Shown in pieces: positions 10,770-19,901 of a stretch of DNA of 64,000 bases. Both the position numbers and the translations under genes were made by a program. Where the stretch lies: positions 544,001 through 608,000 of the forward strand of contig CAWFJP010000003.1 in assembly GCA_963816145.1 (NCBI GenBank), read 5' to 3'. Source of the stretch: an uncultured delta proteobacterium (GTDB taxonomy: Bacteria; Desulfobacterota; Binatia; UBA9968). A model generated the notes under the pieces. The model was not told the origin of the DNA, made no database searches, and was given only the letters and a program-made list of their open reading frames with translations. Within the stretch, counting starts at the first letter, position 1; every line of letters starts with the position of its first letter.

Positions 10770-11524
10770 TGGCTGAGCAACAAGTTCATATGCGGGTATG
10801 GCGTGGTGACGCCAATGGCGGCGAGTTCAAAGACTACCGCATCGCGGTGGGTGAAGGACAAGTCGTGCTTGACGTAATCCACGCGATTCAGGCGCAGCAA
10901 GCCAACGATATGGCGGTGCGCTGGAACTGTAAAGCCGGCAAATGTGGCTCATGCAGCGCTGAAGTAAACGGCAAACCTCGTCTCATGTGCATGACGCGCA
11001 TGAACACCTTCGTGCCCGGTGAAACCATCACGGTGTCGCCGATGCGGACATTCCCGATCATCCGCGATCTCGTCACCGACGTCTCTTACAACTATCAAAA
11101 GGCCAAAGAAATTCCGGCGTTCAAGCCGAAACCGAAAGAATCCGACGGTACCCGCCGGATGTACCAAGAAGACATCGACCGGGTACAAGAATTCCACAAA
11201 TGTATCGAGTGTTTCTTGTGCCAGAACGTCTGCCATGTTATCCGCGACCACGACGACAATAAGCCGGCCTTCTCCGGCCCGCGCTTCTTCGTGCGCTTGG
11301 CGTCGCTGGAAATGCACCCCCTCGATAGCAATGATCGCATGGAGCTGATCAAACAGAAGGCGGGCTTAGGCTACTGCAACATTACCAAATGCTGCACCGA
11401 GGTTTGCCCTGAACATATTCACATAACCGACAACGCCATCATCCCGCTCAAAGAACGCGTCGTCGACCGCTTCTACGATCCCATCGCCAAGCTGATGGGA
11501 CTATTTTCGACAAAAAACAAGTAA
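10766..11524 (+). CDS. sdhB: Succinate dehydrogenase/fumarate reductase iron-sulfur subunit
   Basis: CKAGKCGSC...C, CIECFLCQNVC and CNITKCCTEVCP. Confidence 0.92.
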   Translation: MMAEQQVHMRVWRGDANGGEFKDYRIAVGEGQVVLDVIHAIQAQQANDMAVRWNCKAGKCGSCSAEVNGKPRLMCMTRMNTFVPGETITVSPMRTFPIIRDLVTDVSYNYQKAKEIPAFKPKPKESDGTRRMYQEDIDRVQEFHKCIECFLCQNVCHVIRDHDDNKPAFSGPRFFVRLASLEMHPLDSNDRMELIKQKAGLGYCNITKCCTEVCPEHIHITDNAIIPLKERVVDRFYDPIAKLMGLFSTKNK

Positions 11525-11556
11525 TAAAAAGACGCTACGTCCTGGGGCGTAGCGCC
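11524..11556 (-). terminator. Probable intrinsic terminator between convergent genes
   Basis: Minus strand reads GGCGCTACGCC CCAG GACGTAGCGTC followed by TTTTTATT. Confidence 0.55.
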
Positions 11557-11620
11557 TTCATTACGCTCTCTCCGGAAGTCGATTCTGCCAATTGGCAAAA
11601 CCAATCTGAACTTAGATAGG

Positions 11621-12154
11621 TTAGCTCCGGCTACTCCGGCGTAGATACATTCTTACCCAAAAATCGTAAAGCGTTGCTGAAGTAAACTTCTCGAAGATTT
11701 TCTGCTTGAGCGTCGACTCATATTCGACGGTGATATCCTGCCCTTCCTTAGTGACGGAAATTAGCCGACCCTGTTTCTGGTCGACGACGCCACCGACGGC
11801 ACGGAGAATCTGCGATAAGGCATGGGCTTCAGGGCGCCCGCCGGCATCGACTCTTCGGGACTTCGCTTCATCGTCGACACGGCCGATGTCCTCGTGGGTG
11901 TAGTGGAGCTCCAAGATACCTGACGACGGCTGCGGTTCTGCAACCGGCTCTTGTTTCTTGCCACGCAGCGATTGCCACACGACCCGAAGCGAGATCCCCT
12001 GCGGTGGCGCGGACTCTTTACGCGGTTCAGGTTTTTGACCACGAACCGAAATGCCAGCATCTTCAACTCTCAGAGAAAAGTGATCGATGCGGAGAGATTC
12101 AAGGATCTGTCCTACCGGCCGAAGCAAAGCAGAATAATTCAGCGCTGGTGCCAT
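11621..12154 (-). CDS. Hypothetical protein, paralog of 12335..12817
   Basis: 177-aa ORF with a GGAG RBS; shares YxxxLRxxGQxLE, ELxYxxxDxxR, LSQxLRxxG and LYDxWVRxYLxRS with its neighbour. Confidence 0.7.
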   Translation of the reverse strand: MAPALNYSALLRPVGQILESLRIDHFSLRVEDAGISVRGQKPEPRKESAPPQGISLRVVWQSLRGKKQEPVAEPQPSSGILELHYTHEDIGRVDDEAKSRRVDAGGRPEAHALSQILRAVGGVVDQKQGRLISVTKEGQDITVEYESTLKQKIFEKFTSATLYDFWVRMYLRRSSRS

Positions 12155-12334
12155 CGACCGCCAACTCCATCTTCAAACTAAAATCCGCCTGTCAGCAAAA
12201 TGTAAATCATCGCCCTATCCGAGAGGACACCTTCGTTACGCGAGAATACGCCGGCTCACCACCGAGATTTCGCTTTGACCAGACTAGAAACTGCTGCAAC
12301 GCTTGAAGCTTATGGATAATCTTACCGAAACTCA

Positions 12335-12817
12335 CTATGCCGTACGCAACGATCTCTGTAAATAAAATCGCACCCAAAGGTCGTAAAGATCGGCGGCCGA
12401 AAATTGTTCGCTGAACCGGCTACCCAACGAACTTTCGTAATGCACTTCAAAGTTCTCACCCTTGCGAGATACTCGCAGCATACGGGAATATTTTTGAGTT
12501 AGGTAAGTGCCGATCACACGCAGAGATTGTGACAATCGACAACTATCCGCAGTGCCGTGATTCTCTGCACGTTGGGTCCGACCCTCGCGCTCCAAGCGGT
12601 CGACATCGCTCCGCGAATAACTCAACTCCATGGCCGTTGCCCGAACTACCGGCTGGTTAACCGTCCAAGGATCGCACCGGTTTTTGACTACCAATGAAGC
12701 ACCATTGATACGATAACTGTCGCCATCCGGTTCGACAGTGAAATCGCCAAGATTGAGGGTCTCGAGCGCTTGTCCAATCGCACGCAACGTTTGCGCATAT
12801 CCCGTTATCAAATCCAT
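12335..12817 (-). CDS. Hypothetical protein, paralog of 11621..12154
   Basis: Start placed at MDLITGY (GGGAG upstream; aligns with the paralog's start); same motifs as the neighbour. Confidence 0.7.
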   Translation of the reverse strand: MDLITGYAQTLRAIGQALETLNLGDFTVEPDGDSYRINGASLVVKNRCDPWTVNQPVVRATAMELSYSRSDVDRLEREGRTQRAENHGTADSCRLSQSLRVIGTYLTQKYSRMLRVSRKGENFEVHYESSLGSRFSEQFSAADLYDLWVRFYLQRSLRTA

Positions 12818-13108
12818 CCGAACGCTCCCAGTTCCTTCCTCTAGGACGGACAGTGTAGACATCTCCACAACCACCCCCGATCAGCAAGATTTCGCGATAT
12901 AATTCTTTTTAATAGCAACCCATCAATATGTCAAGAAATTTTTACTCCCGTGCCAACACAGGCAGTATGGAACGGCCTTCACTCGGGTCAAAGTTGGATG
13001 AGGAGCTGCCAGCTCAAAACGAACTGACAATTGCAAACCTTGACTCACGGACCTCTCGTTTGAAGATGGTAACGCCGAGCCGTTTCGAACAACGGGAGAT
13101 TAGCGAAA

Positions 13109-14260
13109 CTAAGTTCGGCGCAAACGAAATCCACCTGCGGCCTGCAAGGGTTCGCTCTTGCGAGGTTCACCTTCAACGGCGGTCGGCTCTACATCGACCT
13201 TGAGCCCGGCCAACTTGATCTTGAGGCGTAGGTTATTTGCGCTGTCGGCGTTGACGAGCGCTTGGTCCAGAGTGATCTTGCCATCGCGGTAGAGAGCGAA
13301 TAGCGCCTGGTCGAAAGTCTGACATCCCTCCTGAACTCCCTGTTCCATCGCCTCTTTCAGCGAGTCCACCTCGCCACGCTTGATCAAATCCTTGATCCGC
13401 GGCGTATCCATCAGAATCTCCAAAGCCGCAACACGCTTGCCCTCCACCGATGGAATTAAACGCTGCGAAACGATCGAGCGCAGGTTGAGCGACAATTGCA
13501 AATACATTTGCTCATGACGCTCGAGTTGGAAGAAGTTCATGATCCGTTCAATCGCCTGGTTGGCATTGTTCGAATGCAGCGTGCCGAGACAAAGATGCCC
13601 CGTCTCAGCGAATGTGATGGCCGCTTCCATGGTTTCGGTGTCGCGGATTTCACCGATCAGTATAACATCCGGCGCTTGGCGCAAAGTGTTCTTCAGCGCC
13701 GCTTGGAAGCTATGCGTGTCGCTACCGACCTCGCGCTGGGTCACGATCGACTCTTTATGCCGATGGACAAACTCGATGGGGTCTTCGATGGTTATGATAT
13801 GACCGGCTTCATGGGTATTGCGATGGTCGATCATCGCCGCCAAAGTGGTCGACTTTCCGGAGCCTGTAGCACCCACCACCAATACCAGACCGCGCTTGGT
13901 CATGGTGATATATTTTAAAATCGACGGCAGCCCCAGGTCATCGATCGACATAATGTCAGCTTTAATACGCCGAATGACCAGCCCCACCGAACCTCTCTGG
14001 ATCAGGATATTGACGCGGAAACGCGCCAACCCCGGGAGGGATTGGGCGAGATTCATTTCGAACGTCTGGGCAAACTCCCGGCGCTGCTTTTCCGTCATCA
14101 TGGCGTCCGCCAAAGCTCGCAAATCGTCAGGGGTAAAGTTTCTATCACCGATCGCCTGAATCTTTCCTTCGACTCGATACATCGGCGGCCGCGCCACGGT
14201 CAGGTAGAGATCTGAAGCCTCGATCTCAACCATTTTTTTGAACAGTTCCTGAAATTCCAC
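13109..14260 (-). CDS. pilU: Type IV pilus retraction ATPase PilU
   Basis: GATGSGKST, TIEDPIE, LRQAPDVILIGEIRD, TLHSNNANQAIERI and QTFDQAL; directly downstream of pilT. Confidence 0.9.
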   Translation of the reverse strand: MEFQELFKKMVEIEASDLYLTVARPPMYRVEGKIQAIGDRNFTPDDLRALADAMMTEKQRREFAQTFEMNLAQSLPGLARFRVNILIQRGSVGLVIRRIKADIMSIDDLGLPSILKYITMTKRGLVLVVGATGSGKSTTLAAMIDHRNTHEAGHIITIEDPIEFVHRHKESIVTQREVGSDTHSFQAALKNTLRQAPDVILIGEIRDTETMEAAITFAETGHLCLGTLHSNNANQAIERIMNFFQLERHEQMYLQLSLNLRSIVSQRLIPSVEGKRVAALEILMDTPRIKDLIKRGEVDSLKEAMEQGVQEGCQTFDQALFALYRDGKITLDQALVNADSANNLRLKIKLAGLKVDVEPTAVEGEPRKSEPLQAAGGFRLRRT

Positions 14261-14290
14261 TCGTCCTCCGTAACCGCGTCCAACTGTTTC

Positions 14291-15361
14291 CTACAACCGG
14301 CCGCCCGCCACCGCGGCAGGCGCAGCGCCGAATAGATTGGGATTCATGCTCTTCGATTGCGCCTCTTCACGCGTCACCAAACCACGAGTAACCAGGGCCT
14401 GCAGCGCCATGTCCATCGTCTGCATGCCATCCTTTTGGCTTACCTGCATGGTGCCGGGGAGTTGATGGATCTTTCCTTCGCGAATTAGATTGCGCACTGC
14501 GGTGGTACCGATCATGATTTCGTGCGCGGCGACTCGGCCGCCGGCTTTCTTTTTGAGTAGGGTTTGGGTAATGACCGCTTCGATGGACTCGGCAAACTGC
14601 GCGCGAATTTGTGCTTGCTGGTTGGGCGGAAATACGTCGATGACGCGGTCAACGGTCTTGGGCGCGCTCGAAGTATGCAACGTGCCAAAAACAATGTGAC
14701 CGGTTTCCGCGGCGGTCAGCGCGAGTTGAATGGTTTCAAGATCGCGCATTTCGCCGACCAGAATGATATCCGGGTCTTCACGCAGCGCCGCGCGCAGGGC
14801 ATTTGAAAACGACTGGGTATGCGGCCCCAGCTCACGTTGATTGACCAGACATTTCTTTGACGGATGGACGAACTCGATCGGATCTTCGACGGTTAAAATG
14901 TGTCCTTCGAAACTTGAGTTGAGATAATCGACCATCGCTGCCAACGTGGTTGATTTACCGGAACCGGTCGGCCCGGTGACAAGAATCAGGCCTTTTTCTT
15001 TCTCGCAAAGCTGTTTGAAGATCGCCGGCAAGCCCAGTTCTTCCATGGTCAATATCTTCGTTGGAATCGTTCGAAATACCGCCGCTTCACCTTTGCGTTG
15101 CATGAAGACATTGACACGAAAACGTGCTTTGTCCGCGAGCGCAAATGAAAAATCGCATTCATGGGTCTCTTCGAAAGTCTTGCGCTGACCATCGCTCATG
15201 ATGTCATAAACTAACGCGTGCACTTGTTCCTGGGTAAGTGACGGGTGGTCGAGTTTTTTCAAGTCGCCGTCGATGCGTATCATCGGTGGTTCGCCTGCGC
15301 TCAAGTGGCAATCCGACGCGCCTTGAGCGACACCGAAGCCCAATAGCTCGGTAATGTCCAT
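14291..15361 (-). CDS. pilT: Type IV pilus retraction ATPase PilT
   Basis: MDITELL start, GPTGSGKST, LREDPDIILVGEMRD and the AVRNLIRE motif. Confidence 0.93.
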   Translation of the reverse strand: MDITELLGFGVAQGASDCHLSAGEPPMIRIDGDLKKLDHPSLTQEQVHALVYDIMSDGQRKTFEETHECDFSFALADKARFRVNVFMQRKGEAAVFRTIPTKILTMEELGLPAIFKQLCEKEKGLILVTGPTGSGKSTTLAAMVDYLNSSFEGHILTVEDPIEFVHPSKKCLVNQRELGPHTQSFSNALRAALREDPDIILVGEMRDLETIQLALTAAETGHIVFGTLHTSSAPKTVDRVIDVFPPNQQAQIRAQFAESIEAVITQTLLKKKAGGRVAAHEIMIGTTAVRNLIREGKIHQLPGTMQVSQKDGMQTMDMALQALVTRGLVTREEAQSKSMNPNLFGAAPAAVAGGRL

Positions 15362-15583
15362 GGGTCACACTCCTATGCAAACTGGTGAGAACAATTTTAA
15401 TATGCCCGAGAGAATCCTGTAAAGTAATTTGTCAGGATTGGTGATTTAGGTCAGCAATATCGATACCATTAGCTGGGTTCACGAATACGCTCTCTGAACT
15501 GGCCCAATTATCCACCATTTCTGGATTGAATTCCGCTTTAACACCAGCTACTTAACTGTCGTGAAGGAAGGACTTTTTAAGCT

Positions 15584-16357
15584 ATGCTCAAGGACAAAAT
15601 CGCTCTGGTTACCGGAGGCGGGACCGGAATCGGTAAAGCCATCGCGGTAAAACTGGCCAAAAATGGCGCCAAGGTCGCCATCGCTTCGCGTAACCGCGAT
15701 CAGCTCGAGAGGGTCGCAGCAGAACTCGTCCAAATAGGATTAACCGTTGTACCCGTGCCGTTGAATGTTCGAGTCAAAACCGATGTCCACCGCGCGGTCA
15801 CGGACATCGTCGGCCACTGGGGCGCGATTCACATCCTCGTCAACAACGCCGGCATCTCTGGGCTGAGTCTCATGAGCGATTCCGACGACTCCAAATGGTA
15901 TGATATCGTCGATACCAACTTGAATGGCATGTATCTCCTCACCAAGGCGACCCTCCGTCACATGCCGTATCAAGCCGGCGGCCGGATCATCAACATCTCG
16001 TCGGTGCTCGGCAAGTTCGGTGCCCCAGGTTACACGGCCTACTGCACGACCAAACATGGCATGATCGGCTTCACCCGTGCATTGGCCCTCGAAGTCGTCA
16101 GCCGGGGCATCACGGTCAACACCATCTGTCCAGGCTGGGTCGACACCGAGATGGCAAACTTGGGCATCAACGAGACCGCCAAGCTTCAAGGCATCACACC
16201 AGAGGAATTCAAAGCCCAAGCGGTCGCCGCCGTGCCGATCCGAAGATTTCTCGAAGCCGAGGAGATCGCCGAGCTGGTCGCCTATGTCGCCTCGGATGCT
16301 GCCCGCGGCATCACCGGACAAGCTATGAACATCTGCGGCGGGCAAACCATGGCGTAG
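15584..16357 (+). CDS. Short-chain dehydrogenase/reductase (ketoacyl reductase-like)
   Basis: TGGGTGIG, NNAG, YCTTK and CPGWVDT. Confidence 0.88.
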   Translation: MLKDKIALVTGGGTGIGKAIAVKLAKNGAKVAIASRNRDQLERVAAELVQIGLTVVPVPLNVRVKTDVHRAVTDIVGHWGAIHILVNNAGISGLSLMSDSDDSKWYDIVDTNLNGMYLLTKATLRHMPYQAGGRIINISSVLGKFGAPGYTAYCTTKHGMIGFTRALALEVVSRGITVNTICPGWVDTEMANLGINETAKLQGITPEEFKAQAVAAVPIRRFLEAEEIAELVAYVASDAARGITGQAMNICGGQTMA

Positions 16358-16474
16358 ACTCTCCGTCGGTCGCGGTTCGCACCAAGATGCTTGCCCATTA
16401 TCGTTGCTGGAGTAGCCGAATTGTTTCACGACGGCTAGAGATTTTTTCCGCGCGCTCTGATATTTTGCCTCACA

Positions 16475-18001
16475 ATGAGTCCAACGATTCAAGTTCGCAA
16501 TCCAGCCACCTTGGAGCTAGTCCAGGAACTTTCGGTCGCATCGCCGGCTGAAGTTGCTGCGGCGGTGGCACGCGCGCGCCAGGCGCAGTCGATCTGGCAA
16601 CACACGAGTTTTGCTGAGCGCGCCCAACTGCTCTACCGGCTTCGCGACCTGCTGCTCGACGACGGCGACAAACTCGCCGATATTTTGACCAGTGAAACTG
16701 GCCGGCCACGCGCTGAAGTCTACGGTAGTGAAATTTTCTACCTGTGCAATGCCATCGGCGCCTGGGCCAAGAACGCACAACGTTACCTGAGACAACAAAA
16801 AATCTCGCCGAGTTTTCCATTGGTGAAAGCCAAGAAAGTTTACAGCACCTACGCGCCGCGCGGCGTTATAGGCATGATCAGTCCATGGAACTTCCCTGTG
16901 GTGCTAACGCTCGGCGAAGCCTTGCCGGCGCTGATGGCGGGTAACGCCGTGATCATCAAGCCTTCGGAATTGACTCCGCTGTCCGCGCTTTTTGGCGCCG
17001 ACCTGGTCGCACAGGCCGGCTTTCCCAAGGACTTGCTACAAATCGTCATCGGTTATGGCGACACCGGAGAAGCGCTTGTCGACCATGCCGATATGATCGC
17101 CTTCACCGGCAGCGTCGAAACCGGCAAACGCGTCATGCGCCGTGCCAGCGATCGGCTGATTCCGGTGTCGTTAGAATTGGGCGGCAAAGATCCGATGATC
17201 GTCCTAAAAGACGCAGATCTCGACCGCGCCGCCGGTGCCTGTGTTTGGGGCTCGTTAATGAACAGTGGCCAGACCTGCACTTCTATCGAGCGCGTCTACG
17301 TCGAAGCGCCAGTGTATGACGCCTTCGTTGACAAGGTGGTTAGGCGAGTCAAAGCCATGCGCCAGGGCAAAAGCGCCGATGAGGTCGATATCGGCTGCAT
17401 GACGTCCGAAACGCAGTTGAATAAAGTCGCCGCACAGGTCGACGAAGCCCGCGCCAAGGGCGCAAAAATACTTACCGGCGGGCGGCGCCATCCCGGATTG
17501 CGCGGTTACTACTACGAACCAACGGTACTCGTCGATGTCGATCATTCGATGACCGTGATGGCTGAGGAAACCTTCGGACCGGTGATTCCGATCATGAGGG
17601 TTAAGGATGCCGAGGAGGCAGTGAGACTGGCCAACGATTGCCGTTACGGCCTAGGCGCCAGCATCTTTTCACGCGATAAAATTGCAGCGGCAGGTCTTGC
17701 CGAAAAGCTCGATAGCGGCGCGGTCTGCGTCAATGACAGCCTGGTCAATTTCATCGTTCTCGAGGCGCCCATGGGCGGGCGCAAAGACAGTGGTTTCGGT
17801 TACCGTCACGGCGCCGAAGGCATTCGCAAGTATTGCCAGCAAAAAACCATTGTCGTCGACCGCTTTGGTCTCAAAGAGGAATTCCCTTGGTATCCCGCGA
17901 CCGAGAAAAAGGCCCGGCAGGTGCGCCAGTTGCTCAACCTGCTTTGCCACTCGGGTTGGGCCCACAAACTGCGCGCTTTCAGAGGGCTCATGCGCAGCTA
18001 G
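16475..18001 (+). CDS. Aldehyde dehydrogenase family protein
   Basis: SPWNFP, KPSE, FTGS, LELGGKDP, NSGQTC (catalytic Cys) and EETFGP. Confidence 0.9.
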   Translation: MSPTIQVRNPATLELVQELSVASPAEVAAAVARARQAQSIWQHTSFAERAQLLYRLRDLLLDDGDKLADILTSETGRPRAEVYGSEIFYLCNAIGAWAKNAQRYLRQQKISPSFPLVKAKKVYSTYAPRGVIGMISPWNFPVVLTLGEALPALMAGNAVIIKPSELTPLSALFGADLVAQAGFPKDLLQIVIGYGDTGEALVDHADMIAFTGSVETGKRVMRRASDRLIPVSLELGGKDPMIVLKDADLDRAAGACVWGSLMNSGQTCTSIERVYVEAPVYDAFVDKVVRRVKAMRQGKSADEVDIGCMTSETQLNKVAAQVDEARAKGAKILTGGRRHPGLRGYYYEPTVLVDVDHSMTVMAEETFGPVIPIMRVKDAEEAVRLANDCRYGLGASIFSRDKIAAAGLAEKLDSGAVCVNDSLVNFIVLEAPMGGRKDSGFGYRHGAEGIRKYCQQKTIVVDRFGLKEEFPWYPATEKKARQVRQLLNLLCHSGWAHKLRAFRGLMRS

Positions 18002-18080
18002 CAAGCTTGCACTCCCGCGGCGATTCATCTAAGTAGAAGTGATACTTTTCTCAGGTAAATAATTTTAGAGGAGAGATTCC

Positions 18081-19463
18081 ATGGCTAAAGATCTGCCCAG
18101 TTTTATCGCCAAAGAAGGCGCCACCCGCGAAGGCGCGGTGATTCGCGAGAAAAATTTTATCGACGCCAACAACTACGAAACCGTCGCCTACTTGAAGCAT
18201 CTCGACGTCCGCAACGAACCCAAAATGGTGTTATTCGAAAATGTGCCGGCGCTGAACGGCCAGAAGTCCGGTTTCCCGATGTTCTACAACCCCTGGGTAT
18301 CGCGTCAATACATCGCCGATTCCCTCGACATGGGCGACATCAAGTCACCGATGGAAGTCAGCCTGGAAGTTGCCAATCTCGAACAGCAACAGGGCAAACT
18401 TGAAGTGATTACCCCGGAAAAGGCGCCGGTAAAGGAAGTCATATTGACCGGCGATAAGGCGGACTTGAGAGTGCTGCCGATGCCGATGCATCAAAAAGGC
18501 GATTCCGGCCCCTATCACACCATGACCTGCGCCATGAAGGGCTTGGGTCAGGAATTCTACGACATCACTTTTACAAAAAATAAGTTTCACGACCCCAAGC
18601 ATATGAGCTTCTCGGCGCACAAGCATCATCACTTGGAAGCGATGGCTTGCGAGTATGAGGAGAATAATCTGCGCGCCCCGGTGATCGTCATTCTCGGCCA
18701 TCACCCGGCATTTTATCTCTCGTCCTGCGCCATGACCGCCATGGGCAATAACGATTACCTGACCGCTTCTGCGTTCCTGAAGGAACCACTGCGGGTCACG
18801 CCATCGACGACTTGGGGCGATAAGTTCATGGTTCCCGCCGACGCTGAAGTCATTATCGAAGGCGAGATCCTGCCGGGCGTGCGCAAGCAACAGAACCCGT
18901 TCGGCGAGATCTTAGGTTACGCTCAACCACCGATGGACGTGCCGGTCATCGAAGTTACCGCCATCACCCATCGGCGCGGCGGCATCGTCGAGGACTTCTG
19001 GCCCGGCCATATGGACCATTGGAACCTTGGCTCCGTGCCCAAGGAAGGCAGCACCTATAACGTCATCAAAAAAAACGTCCCCGGCATCAAAGGCATCCAT
19101 CTCGCCGCGTCGGGCTGCGGTCGCTGCATTTGCTACATCTCGATCAAAAAAGAGTTCGAGAACGAGCCCAACAAAGCCGGCATGCAGGCGTTCGTCGAGA
19201 TGCCCAACTTAAAGCTCGCCGTCATCGTCGACGACGACATCGATGTGTTCAACGAACGGGAGGTCATGTGGGCGGTGGCGACCCGCGTTCACTGGGACAA
19301 AGACATCGAGATCATCCGTGAAGTCCAAAGCTTCCGCGGCTGGTTGGGCGACGCGGTCGCAATCATCGACGCGACGATTCCGTTGAAGTCGAAATCCGAA
19401 TGGCCCGTGCGCAACGAAGTCGAATCCGCAGCCTTCGAGCGAGTCGCGAAGTTCTTTAAATAA
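18081..19463 (+). CDS. UbiD-family (de)carboxylase, atypical catalytic motifs
   Basis: VLFENV, APVKEV, DLRVLP, VPADAEVIIEGEI, PFGE, VDDDIDVFN and WAVATR. Confidence 0.82.
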   Translation: MAKDLPSFIAKEGATREGAVIREKNFIDANNYETVAYLKHLDVRNEPKMVLFENVPALNGQKSGFPMFYNPWVSRQYIADSLDMGDIKSPMEVSLEVANLEQQQGKLEVITPEKAPVKEVILTGDKADLRVLPMPMHQKGDSGPYHTMTCAMKGLGQEFYDITFTKNKFHDPKHMSFSAHKHHHLEAMACEYEENNLRAPVIVILGHHPAFYLSSCAMTAMGNNDYLTASAFLKEPLRVTPSTTWGDKFMVPADAEVIIEGEILPGVRKQQNPFGEILGYAQPPMDVPVIEVTAITHRRGGIVEDFWPGHMDHWNLGSVPKEGSTYNVIKKNVPGIKGIHLAASGCGRCICYISIKKEFENEPNKAGMQAFVEMPNLKLAVIVDDDIDVFNEREVMWAVATRVHWDKDIEIIREVQSFRGWLGDAVAIIDATIPLKSKSEWPVRNEVESAAFERVAKFFK

Positions 19464-19477
19464 AACTCGGGAGGAAA

Positions 19478-19539
19478 TGGAGTATTGGAGTGATGGAGTA
19501 ATGGAGTTCCGCCCAGCACTCCAATACTCCGTCACTCCG
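19478..19539. repeat. REP-like palindromic element made of 8-bp TGGAGTNN units and their inverted ACTCC copies
   Basis: TGGAGTAT TGGAGTGA TGGAGTAA TGGAGTT ... ACTCCAAT ACTCCGTC ACTCC; GGAGTATTGGAGT pairs perfectly with ACTCCAATACTCC. Confidence 0.7.
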
Positions 19540-19550
19540 GTAATTTACCC

Positions 19551-19898
19551 ATGGCCGACAAACTTAAATTTATCTACAAAGCCACCTGAACCACTTGCCG
19601 CAAAGCAAGAAGTTTCTTGCAATCGAAAAAAGTAGATTTCGAAGAGAGAGAATACGGTAAAACTCCGTTCACTGAGCAAGAGCTGCGGGAGATCATCGGC
19701 GACAGTCCGATCGAGCCCTTTCTCAGCACTCGTACGCCACTTTACAAAGAAAAACACATGAAGCAGAAGCCGCCAAGCAAAGATGAGGCGATCAAGCTTA
19801 TGCTCAGGGATGCAAATCTATTGAAGCGTCCTGTTTTTATTAAAGGTAAAAAGAAACTAACCGGTTTCAACGAAGCTGAAGTAAAAGAATTACTGTAG
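19551..19898 (+). CDS. ArsC/Spx/YffB-family protein, probable selenoprotein (UxxC)
   Basis: ATG 19551 reads MADKLKFIYKAT(TGA)TTCRKARSFLQSKKVDFEER..., in frame with ORF 19617..19898 (LLKRPV, TGFNE). The TGA at 19587 occupies the first Cys of the family CxxC. Confidence 0.8.
19605..19620 (+). promoter_or_regulatory. Candidate bacterial SECIS hairpin
   Basis: GCAAGA-AGTT-TCTTGC: 6-bp stem with G at loop position 2; 21 nt separate the UGA from the loop. Confidence 0.55.
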
Positions 19899-19901
19899 CA
19901 G

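Noticed and set aside
5941-19539. Short repeat arrays as CRISPR
   Set aside because: Units of 8-9 bp with no spacers and no cas genes.
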